From positions 3,826 to 67,825 of IMG/VR virus record IMGVR_UViG_2585427722_000007: a stretch of DNA of 64,000 nucleotides; one strand, written 5' to 3'. Below are positions 17,871 to 25,721 of the stretch, piece by piece; position 1 is the stretch's first letter, and each line of letters starts with the position of its first letter. The notes under the pieces were generated by a model. It was not told the origin of the DNA, ran no database searches, and was given only the letters and a program-made list of their open reading frames with translations. The stretch is from a virus (taxonomy: Duplodnaviria > Caudoviricetes). The position numbers were made by a program, and so were the translations under genes.

Positions 17871-18134
17871 TTAACCGTCCCATCCTTCCGACTGAGCAAA
17901 TCCGTCGCACTGGGCGTCGAACTCGGCGGCGCTAAACTCGCCGCCCGTCTCGGCGAGGAATCGAGCACGTATTGCGCGGTAGCGCTCAGCGTCGCGCAGA
18001 TTTTCGGTAGGGTAGTAGAGCGTCTGCCCGGCTGGTTTGTTACTGGCGAATATCCATCCGGCGTGCTGGGGTTTTTCTGCCTCGATTGCCTCGGCGCCGT
18101 TCGATTGTGTTTGGTCGTGTTGGTTAGCGGACAT
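17871..18134 (-). CDS. hypothetical protein
   Basis: 87-aa ORF with AAGGAG RBS; RDAERYR motif. Confidence 0.65.
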   Translation of the reverse strand: MSANQHDQTQSNGAEAIEAEKPQHAGWIFASNKPAGQTLYYPTENLRDAERYRAIRARFLAETGGEFSAAEFDAQCDGFAQSEGWDG

Positions 18135-18144
18135 AGTGATCTCC

Positions 18145-18462
18145 TTATCGGGATGATTCGCAAGCGGACATGAAGGCCCGGATTTTTGTTTCGTAGCCTT
18201 TCAGCTCGCCTTTCTGCCACCAGAGCGGAGTGGTAGGTGCGACCGGAAGGTTGTCGCGGGCGACCAGCGCGTAGACGAACTTGTTGAAGGTGTCGCTGAT
18301 CTCGCGCACCAGCTGGCCTTCGACCAGCGTGCGCAGGGTGGCTATGACCTGCTTGCGCGGCAGGCCGGTTTCGCTTACCAGCTTGGTCAGCGGCATGCGC
18401 GTGTATGAGGTCTCGGTCAGAATGCGCACGACTGCCTGCTCGGCGGATTCGGGAGTGCTCAT
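18145..18462 (-). CDS. winged-helix DNA-binding protein
   Basis: LTKLVSETGLPRKQVIATLRTLVEGQLV pattern. Confidence 0.65.
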   Translation of the reverse strand: MSTPESAEQAVVRILTETSYTRMPLTKLVSETGLPRKQVIATLRTLVEGQLVREISDTFNKFVYALVARDNLPVAPTTPLWWQKGELKGYETKIRAFMSACESSR

Positions 18463-18671
18463 CGTACGGTCCGTGTGGTCGTCGTGGTGACGGTCGTCAC
18501 CACTTCGCGCATGACCTTGCGTGGGATGCGGCGATGGCTGTGCAGCGCGTCCTTGACCATGATGACGGTGTTGCGATCAGGCGAAGCGAGGTACTTGCCG
18601 TCCAGCGACTGCAGCGCGGTGTGGAGCGATTCGGCTTGGTGTGCGGAGAGGAGGAGGTGGATTGAGTTCAT
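18459..18671 (-). CDS. hypothetical protein
   Basis: 70-aa ORF with 4-nt overlaps. Confidence 0.6.
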   Translation of the reverse strand: MNSIHLLLSAHQAESLHTALQSLDGKYLASPDRNTVIMVKDALHSHRRIPRKVMREVVTTVTTTTTRTVR

Positions 18672-21019
18672 TTCATTACTCTCAGTTTGGGTGCGGTTCT
18701 CAGGGGGGTGATCTGTAGTTCATAGTCACGGAAGTTCTTCACATCCTTCCATTCAACCCGCATGCCCATCACGGGTTTGTCGATGCGGACTTTGACCAGG
18801 TGGATGCGGTGGTGCTTGAGCAGGCTGGTGAACTTGTTCGATGTCTGCGGCATGCCGCCGGCCGTGTAGTCGAACAGGGTGTGCAGCTCGTCTCGAGCAA
18901 TATTGCAGGAGCCGTCCGCGCGATCGGTACGCGCCAGAATCGCCTTCAGTACGTCGTCGTATGCGTGGTCCCGGTTTGCCTGAAGGCCGTTGGGATTCTC
19001 CTTGTCGCTGGTTGGGCGTTCATTCATGAACATCTCGAAGTTGCCGTTGATGAGGGCAGACCCGATAGTGTCCACGGACAATTCACTGATCGAGATCATG
19101 TTGTCGCGGTCATCCGATTCGATAGGAGTACCGGCCTGTGCAGCGTCGACCTGGTACTGCATCAGGTAGTCGTGAAAGCCTTGCAGCTCTTTCGGGATCG
19201 TCTGCTCGATCTCCTGCTGGGTGATGACCAGCCGTTCGGGTTGATACTTACCGACATTGAACCGGCGGTCCTCCTTGTCGATCATTACTGGATCAGTCTT
19301 GTTGCTGGCGAATATCCAGTTGGTGTAGTTGCGCACTTCAACCGAGTTGTTGCGCATGAGCCGCACTGCGACGAATTTCTCAGTAATGAAGTTCTTCAGC
19401 TTGGCCATTACGCCGCGTTCGTTGATCAGCGCCTTGGCCTCGATCTCGTCGATGAATACGATGAAGCAGTTCTTCAAATACTCGTTGTACTTCTCGTTCA
19501 GGCTCTCAGCCTGCCGTACCGCGGTCTGCGCCTGACCGAACAGCGGGCGCAGGATGCTGTCCATCAGCACGCCCTTGCCGGTGCCAGTGCGTCCGTGCAT
19601 CACCCATGCAGTCTTGGTGCGGTCGCGGAACTGCAGGATGAACGCGACCCAGTTCATGAAGTGCTCAGTGATCTTATCGTCGCATCCGAGTGCATGGTGG
19701 ATCACCTTGTGGATGGTCTTGGGGCAGGGCACGGCTTTCTTGGGCAGGTCGTGCTGCATGTATTCAGTGGGCTGGAAGGTGTTGATCGACTTGTTGGCTG
19801 GGTCGACCTTGACGTTGTCCTGTGGGTCGAACGTCAGCTCCCACTCGGGGATGTAGTCGCCCAATGGCATACCATGCTGCTTGGCGAAATGGCGCACTTG
19901 AGTTTCGTTGCGGGCTTCATTGATGTCGAGCGTGTCGGTCTGCGCATCATGGGTGCCACGCCAGTAGGCACCAGTCTTGCTGTCGCAGAACGCCAGGTAG
20001 GTGACGCCCTGACTCGATACACGCACGGCCTGAGTAGTCAGGCTCTGCCAGTACTCGGGCAGCAGCTCCTTTGTTACATAGGCGGGCTCGCCCTTGAAGT
20101 TGTGGATATAGTCCGGGTTGTCTTCCGGATGGAAGTAGCCCCAGCTGTCACCGCCGTTCAGATTGAAATAGACGAAGCCGCGTTCGATCTTCATGTCAGT
20201 CACGATGCAGGAGTCAGGCTTGTTCATGACTTCCGTGTTGCCGTGCATCTTGTAGGTAGTCTTGCGTGGCGGGTAGCCCAGCACTGCGCGTATCTCGTTG
20301 ATACGCTTGGCAGTCAGCATCCGATTTTGTTCGCTGGAGTGAATGGTGCCCGGGACGATGAGGGTCTCGTTGGTCTTACGTACGTATGAGATGCGGGGGG
20401 TTTTTCCGAGCGGGTCCTTAATACCCTTGAGTAACGGCGGTGCTATGTATAACAGTTTGTCGTTCTGACAGGCGGAGATGTCCAATGGCCAGCTAATGGC
20501 GTTGCCGGTCTTGGTCAGACCCATTGCGTCCCGCAGGATGGAGATCGTGTGGTTGAGCTGGATCAGCCACTGCTTGATCAGTTGTGCTGGCACCGGTTTA
20601 TCTAACCACATGTAGATGTGGGCGCGTAGTTCTTTGTTCTCGATCCCGTAGCTGGCAGACCACTGTACTATGTATGAGACATCCCCCAGTCGCAACGCCT
20701 TGAGGAAGTCGTCGATGGTGGACACGTTCGGGATACCGTCGAGATCGAGCACGATCCACTCGGTAGTGGCGTTCGAGTCCGTGGTGCCGGCGCGGGATTC
20801 GCAAGACAACGCGCGTGTTGGATTTCCCTTGACCAGGCAGTGACCAAGTACTGCGTGTTTCTTCAGCAGGATCTCCATGTGGTGCAGATCGGTCGCGTCC
20901 TCGGTGATCGACGTGACCTCATAAACATTCGGATAGCTGGTCTTGTTGATCGTCCCGTCTGCCTTCTTGGCATAGGATTTGGTGAGTGGTACGGGGGCTT
21001 TTAGGAACGTCAGCTGCAT
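18668..21019 (-). CDS. primase-helicase (primase-like N-terminus plus SF3/DUF5906 helicase)
   Basis: LDLDG...S.S...RAH primase motifs; GRTGTGKG, FIDEI, FASN and DRRF helicase motifs. Confidence 0.9.
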   Translation of the reverse strand: MQLTFLKAPVPLTKSYAKKADGTINKTSYPNVYEVTSITEDATDLHHMEILLKKHAVLGHCLVKGNPTRALSCESRAGTTDSNATTEWIVLDLDGIPNVSTIDDFLKALRLGDVSYIVQWSASYGIENKELRAHIYMWLDKPVPAQLIKQWLIQLNHTISILRDAMGLTKTGNAISWPLDISACQNDKLLYIAPPLLKGIKDPLGKTPRISYVRKTNETLIVPGTIHSSEQNRMLTAKRINEIRAVLGYPPRKTTYKMHGNTEVMNKPDSCIVTDMKIERGFVYFNLNGGDSWGYFHPEDNPDYIHNFKGEPAYVTKELLPEYWQSLTTQAVRVSSQGVTYLAFCDSKTGAYWRGTHDAQTDTLDINEARNETQVRHFAKQHGMPLGDYIPEWELTFDPQDNVKVDPANKSINTFQPTEYMQHDLPKKAVPCPKTIHKVIHHALGCDDKITEHFMNWVAFILQFRDRTKTAWVMHGRTGTGKGVLMDSILRPLFGQAQTAVRQAESLNEKYNEYLKNCFIVFIDEIEAKALINERGVMAKLKNFITEKFVAVRLMRNNSVEVRNYTNWIFASNKTDPVMIDKEDRRFNVGKYQPERLVITQQEIEQTIPKELQGFHDYLMQYQVDAAQAGTPIESDDRDNMISISELSVDTIGSALINGNFEMFMNERPTSDKENPNGLQANRDHAYDDVLKAILARTDRADGSCNIARDELHTLFDYTAGGMPQTSNKFTSLLKHHRIHLVKVRIDKPVMGMRVEWKDVKNFRDYELQITPLRTAPKLRVMK

Positions 21020-21120
21020 GGGAAAGTCCTTAGTTCAGACGGTGTTTTTCATGGGTATTGAGGGAAATGATTCTACGCTCTAATTTAGAGCCACGGAGAC
21101 ATTAGTTTTAGGGCTAAAAA

Positions 21121-21290
21121 TGGAACAACAGAACACCAAAAACGCTTGGAGCCCTTTGTTTACTTATTTGTTCTATTGTTCTGTTCTGTTTTAATTTATA
21201 ACACAAGAAGAATAGAGTAGTAGGTAGGGTAGGTATATTGTATATAGGTATAGAAACGAATTGGGAAGTGGAACACGGAACATTGGAACA
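21121..21290. promoter_or_regulatory. ori-like AT-rich element with GAACA/TGTTC repeats (copy A)
   Basis: Clusters of (G)GAACA and TGTTC around an AT-rich core, beside the primase gene; homologous to 61498-61662. Confidence 0.55.
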
Positions 21291-21336
21291 GGCCAAATTT
21301 GCCAGTTCAGTATGCATGTAAGGGTAATGCAGAAAT

Positions 21337-21363
21337 GCGCCCAGCTCCTTTCGGAGTGGGCGC
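21337..21363 (-). terminator. stem-loop, probable terminator of the earliest operon
   Basis: gcgccca(g)ctcc-tttc-ggagtgggcgc immediately after the stop of 21369..22529. Confidence 0.55.
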
Positions 21364-21368
21364 GGTGA

Positions 21369-22529
21369 TTAATGCAGAGGTGTGATGGTTGTGACGTCAC
21401 TGCATCCGTGAGGGATACGGGTCAGCTTTGGTTTGGCTGCTTGCGCAATAACTGCATTGACTGAGATGTCTTCCCATTCGCCAAGTCGGCCTTGATCGAA
21501 TGCGGTCCGTACTTCTGCTGTACGTGCCGCTGCTTCCAGTTCGAGGTGCAGTGCATTGACGATGTCGTATAGGTGATCGATTCTGTCGCTGTCTCGATCT
21601 TTACGGCGTTCCTCTTGGTCTATAGCGCTAACGACTTGGTTGTAGACGGACACGCTCCATCTATATTGAACGTGCAGGGGGATGGATACCCATAAGTCGT
21701 CCGTGAGCCGAGTTGGTACAGTGTCCCGTAGTGAGGACAGCACGTAGTCCATCTCAACTTTGTGTACGCGAGCCTTGTGCTCATCGATAGCCTGAGCAGA
21801 GCTGCTTCGCTTTGCCTCGATAGCGTACCTGGCAGGAGAGGCAGCACGCCGTGCTTTTTCGATCGTGTCGTACGCGACGTCAAGTTCCTTATCTCGGTCG
21901 TTCGTTTGCATTTTGTGGATTAGTTCGTGCGGCATCTTAGGCGGGTACTTTGCAGCGTAGTCTGGATTGCCACGTTGCATGTACAGCATCTGCATGTAGA
22001 CACCGGTGAGCACCGTGACATCGAACTCCGGCAGAGCCATGTGTCCGTCGTCTTCAGACATTTCTTTATCTGCACGTTTCTCGAACATATCAGCGTATGA
22101 GCCATTGAAGATGTCGATGGTTGGCTCTGGCAGCTTGGCCCTTGCGTTCGCCTTACGGTAAGCCCAGAGCAATTGGCTGCACACTGAATAGCCGAGTGAT
22201 CCAACGATGGTATTGGTCGCGAAGTATTCACTAGCTGGTGCAAGACTGACCAGACTGTCCAGATATTCCATCGGGTTGGTGAGCAATGGTGCAGTGTCTA
22301 TAGATGCCAACTGGTTGCCGCGATTGTCGTACTTGATTTCACTGGACATATTCATAGCTTCTACTGTTGCGGAGCCGGCAGCCGATTGATAGTGTTTATT
22401 GGACATGGCGCGTTGCATCACTACATCCTGATCTTCCGGTACAGGGCGTGATGCGTTATCGGTACGGACGGCGGCAGCGCGTGCTTTGGACTTGATCTGT
22501 GCTTCTGTGAGTGCGTTGGCGATAGGCAT
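21369..22529 (-). CDS. early hypothetical protein (386 aa)
   Basis: Long ORF with AAGGA RBS; no recognised motif. Confidence 0.8.
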   Translation of the reverse strand: MPIANALTEAQIKSKARAAAVRTDNASRPVPEDQDVVMQRAMSNKHYQSAAGSATVEAMNMSSEIKYDNRGNQLASIDTAPLLTNPMEYLDSLVSLAPASEYFATNTIVGSLGYSVCSQLLWAYRKANARAKLPEPTIDIFNGSYADMFEKRADKEMSEDDGHMALPEFDVTVLTGVYMQMLYMQRGNPDYAAKYPPKMPHELIHKMQTNDRDKELDVAYDTIEKARRAASPARYAIEAKRSSSAQAIDEHKARVHKVEMDYVLSSLRDTVPTRLTDDLWVSIPLHVQYRWSVSVYNQVVSAIDQEERRKDRDSDRIDHLYDIVNALHLELEAAARTAEVRTAFDQGRLGEWEDISVNAVIAQAAKPKLTRIPHGCSDVTTITPLH

Positions 22530-22690
22530 GATATTTCCTTGAGGTTAATGAGTAACGGAGCGAGTTGCGAACAGCACCAACAGATCGGTGCCTTGGCGTG
22601 ATGCAGTGGTTAATGCTTCAGAGCGGTTACAGGCAAAGACATGCAGGAGCGTAGGTGCGCTGCGTACAGTTGCCATGATGTGGTACTCGT

Positions 22691-22945
22691 TTAGTGTGTG
22701 GCCAGTGGGCATCCCAGTTCCTCCTCGAGTGCAGCAATCATGTCGAACGTGATATCCGCATACACCTGATTGCTCTGATTGGTGGCTGCATACGTGATGC
22801 ATACAGGTTCATCCGGGTCGATCTCGCGGATGGGCTCTGCTGCAACGTACACTGTCGTGGTGTAGCCGCAAGAGTGAATGGTGAGGATTCGGTTGTCGTT
22901 GTTAGCGCTGTCGTAAACGTATTCAGTTTTAATTGCCATGGTCAT
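22691..22945 (-). CDS. early hypothetical protein
   Basis: 84-aa acidic ORF with AAGGAG RBS. Confidence 0.7.
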   Translation of the reverse strand: MTMAIKTEYVYDSANNDNRILTIHSCGYTTTVYVAAEPIREIDPDEPVCITYAATNQSNQVYADITFDMIAALEEELGCPLATH

Positions 22946-23019
22946 TTCTCCTTTGTGAGTGGGTACAACACAAAAGCAGAAATGACCAGACTCCCTGGGG
23001 TTGGGAGTCTGGTGGTTGA

Positions 23020-23169
23020 TTAAGCTAGTCCTGCGTATTGCTTACTCACTATGTCGCTCTGACCTTCGCTGCGATACGCTTGGTACGTGTTGTACGCCTC
23101 GATGCATTCTTCAACTGTGTCGTAAGGGTTGAATCTGTGAACCCATGCGACGATCTCGTCAGTACTCAT
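23020..23169 (-). CDS. small early protein (49 aa)
   Basis: Manually translated as MSTDEIVAWVHRFNPYDTVEECIEAYN...; AAGGAG RBS. Confidence 0.6.
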   Translation of the reverse strand: MSTDEIVAWVHRFNPYDTVEECIEAYNTYQAYRSEGQSDIVSKQYAGLA

Positions 23170-23170
23170 C

Positions 23171-23464
23171 TCAATCTCCTTGAATTCGTTTAATCACATT
23201 GAACACACCGCTGTAATAAAGCCCGTCGGTGATATGCCCATACAGATATCGGCCTGCGGAAAGTAGTGCCGATGTAATGAGCGCGCCGGTCGCCGCGACC
23301 ATTACACCACTAAACGTGCCCCAGTGAATTATGTTAAGTGCTATGAATATTCCGATATCCATAGCCAAAGGATATGACAACATTTTCATTCGCACGCGCC
23401 ACGAACATTTAAAAAAGACGAACAGCAAACCCAGCGCGACGATCACGCCCGATTCAATAATCAT
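23171..23464 (-). CDS. early membrane protein
   Basis: Hydrophobic 97-aa ORF with GGAG RBS. Confidence 0.7.
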   Translation of the reverse strand: MIIESGVIVALGLLFVFFKCSWRVRMKMLSYPLAMDIGIFIALNIIHWGTFSGVMVAATGALITSALLSAGRYLYGHITDGLYYSGVFNVIKRIQGD

Positions 23465-23492
23465 TGTACTCCCCTAGAGTATAGTGTTGAAC

Positions 23493-23593
23493 ACGGAGTT
23501 CACCAGCCCTCCGGTTCAGAGAATTTAATTACGGAGTTCACGAGCCCTCCGGTTCAGCATGCTGGGAACCTTGGGTCGAGCCCTCCGGTTCAG
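23493..23593. repeat. three tandem imperfect repeats acggagttcacNagccctccggttcag
   Basis: Copies at 23493-23519, 23531-23557 and a partial copy at 23578-23593. Confidence 0.85.
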
Positions 23594-23647
23594 GACGGAG
23601 CAAACCCGCGAAAAAGCGCGACGGGCCGAAACCCGCCGAGCTTTTCG

Positions 23648-24103
23648 TTACGCCGCCTGCACTTCCTTCTTGCCGCCCCAGCTGAACCAGCCGGCGACCT
23701 TGTCCTTGGCGCAGGCTGCATGTTCGTCGATCTTGCCGCCGAGGATGTAGCGGCTGATTGCAGCACCTGCCTTGATCGCCGCGTACAGCATGATGATGAA
23801 GCCGACGCTGTACAGCACCCATGCAACGAACAGCGATCCCGTGACAGTCATCGCTCCGGTGAACAGGATATTTATGATGATCTGACCGACGGTGCCGATC
23901 GCAAAACCTGCGGTGAAACAGGCGATGAAGTTGAGCAGTACGCGCTTCCAGCCCGGCAGCTGCACGCCCGCCATCGCTAGAAAGTCCTTGATCGAGAACT
24001 CCATGCTGTCGGTGTCGGCATGCACCGGTTGCGGCTGCGCGGCCAGAGCTTCTGTGAAGTCAACGGATTGTGCGGCTTGTTTGGTTTGTGAACGAGTAGC
24101 CAT
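23648..24103 (-). CDS. early membrane protein
   Basis: 151 aa with two or three hydrophobic segments; AAGGAG RBS. Confidence 0.75.
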   Translation of the reverse strand: MATRSQTKQAAQSVDFTEALAAQPQPVHADTDSMEFSIKDFLAMAGVQLPGWKRVLLNFIACFTAGFAIGTVGQIIINILFTGAMTVTGSLFVAWVLYSVGFIIMLYAAIKAGAAISRYILGGKIDEHAACAKDKVAGWFSWGGKKEVQAA

Positions 24104-24190
24104 GATAGAACTCCTTTAGATTGATTGAGTGAGATGAAACACAAAAGCAGAGATGACCGGACGCGCGGGGTTTTGCGCGTCCTTGGTGGA

Positions 24191-24436
24191 TCAAACCCGG
24201 ACCGTCTTACCCTTCGATACGGCCAACTGCTTCGCCGCAGCCATCGCAGCCGCCCGGTCTCTCTGCCACTGCGGCATGGTGTTGAGTGCCGAGGCCACTT
24301 CGGTTACGTTGGCCAGCTTGCCGCGCAGGTCTTCCACGAGGTAGCGCAGTTCGGCGATCTCTTTCTCTTGGTAGATACGTGCGGCGCGCTCGCGGTCTAG
24401 TTCGTCGCGCATCTGTGCAGTGGTGAGTTTGGTCAT
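24191..24436 (-). CDS. first gene of the early arm, coiled-coil protein
   Basis: 81-aa ORF with GGAG RBS. Confidence 0.7.
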   Translation of the reverse strand: MTKLTTAQMRDELDRERAARIYQEKEIAELRYLVEDLRGKLANVTEVASALNTMPQWQRDRAAAMAAAKQLAVSKGKTVRV

Positions 24437-24746
24437 GGTGATTCTCCATTAGGTTAGTTACACACAAGCAGGACTGACCAGACGCGGCGGGGTATCGCGT
24501 CTGCGCTTGACTGACAGCGCCAGCCAAGATGCGTGTGCTGCTCTTGACTTTGGTTTCCTGTGCCCGGCAGTGAAGAGACTCCTTTCGGGCTGGCCTGGAG
24601 ACGAATCCGAAGTGGGGTGGTTCGGTGGGCGAGGGGTGAGGAGGGACCCAGAAGCCGGTACCCAGCAAAAATTCCAGAAAATTTTCCAAAAAATATTTTC
24701 AGGAACTGATAGACTCTACGTCAAATCTATTATAGAGAGCGATAGA

Positions 24747-25388
24747 GTGACCAAGCGCAAAGACCCCGCTGACCTAAAAATACGCGCCAGGGACGACCTC
24801 ACGATTAAACCCCGTCGTAAGAGCGCGGCCAAGAAGTCGCCGGAGGGTCAGGCCAAACGCATCGCTGCTCTGCGCAAGACCCCGACCAACGGCGGCAATG
24901 TCGCCATCATCGAAACCCACAATCCTGACCGCCCCCTGACCGAGAAACAGAAACTGTTCGTCAAGGAGTGGGCCGGCGGCGAGTCGATCCTGTCGGCCAG
25001 TTACCGCGCCGGCTATTCCGACAACGGCACAATGGCTTACCGCCTGGCCAAAGACCCAGCGATCCTAAAAATCTATAACGTCGAGAAAGCGCTCTACGAA
25101 GAGGCCAGCCAGATGACCCGCAAGAGGGTGATGGAGGGCTTCCTGGAAGCGGCCGACATGGCGCGCACTCTGGCTGACCCAACCGCCCTGACCGGCGCCT
25201 GGCGTGAAGTCGGGAAAATGTGCGGCTACTACGAACCGGTCAAACGCACGATCGACATCAACATCAGTGGCGACGTCACCATGAAGAAGTTGGAACGGCT
25301 GAGCGACGCCGAGCTGCTGCAGCTGGTCAAGGGTGAAGTCGAGGACGTGACATTTACCGAGGTAGCGGAGGCAGAAGATGACGACTAA
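24747..25388 (+). CDS. terS: terminase small subunit
   Basis: LTEKQKLFVKEW...YRAGYS motif; first gene of the late arm. The GTG start is inferred. Confidence 0.8.
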   Translation: MTKRKDPADLKIRARDDLTIKPRRKSAAKKSPEGQAKRIAALRKTPTNGGNVAIIETHNPDRPLTEKQKLFVKEWAGGESILSASYRAGYSDNGTMAYRLAKDPAILKIYNVEKALYEEASQMTRKRVMEGFLEAADMARTLADPTALTGAWREVGKMCGYYEPVKRTIDINISGDVTMKKLERLSDAELLQLVKGEVEDVTFTEVAEAEDDD

Positions 25389-25554
25389 CTGTGATGGCCA
25401 CGTAATCGAAGCCTTTGCCGGCCCGCATACCGGCTGGCAGCCAGTCAGCCCGAAGTACGCCACACGCGCGGAAGCTCTCGCGGTGCTGGATCGCATCCCC
25501 GACATTGGCTATGAGCTGCGGGTCTACGAATCCCTGACGAAAACAGGTCCATGA
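25378..25554 (+). CDS. small hypothetical protein (58 aa)
   Basis: Manually translated as MTTNCDGHVIEAFAGPHTGW...; overlaps the terS stop. Confidence 0.5.
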   Translation: MTTNCDGHVIEAFAGPHTGWQPVSPKYATRAEALAVLDRIPDIGYELRVYESLTKTGP

Positions 25555-25721
25555 ACGCGCCGAAGATGAAGTACTGGCTGACCTCGAGGCCCGGTCCCTG
25601 GCAAGCCGGCCCGTGTCCGGACCCGCTCGAGCCGGAAGACGGCACCGACGCGGTGTGGGCCGACCTGGCCCGGACGCATCCGGTTACACGCGACCAGGAA
25701 AAAGACCTGAATGATGAATAG
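25551..25721 (+). CDS. small hypothetical protein (56 aa)
   Basis: ATGA overlap with the previous ORF; ends overlapping the terL start. Confidence 0.4.
   Translation: MNAPKMKYWLTSRPGPWQAGPCPDPLEPEDGTDAVWADLARTHPVTRDQEKDLNDE

Noticed and set aside
18800-20389. 529-aa plus-strand ORF
   Set aside because: It lies antisense to the primase-helicase and is a GC-rich codon shadow with no motifs.
23493-23593. CRISPR array
   Set aside because: Only 2.5 units, an intervening sequence of about 11 nt, and no cas genes. The 9369..10079 nuclease is a typical stand-alone phage exonuclease.
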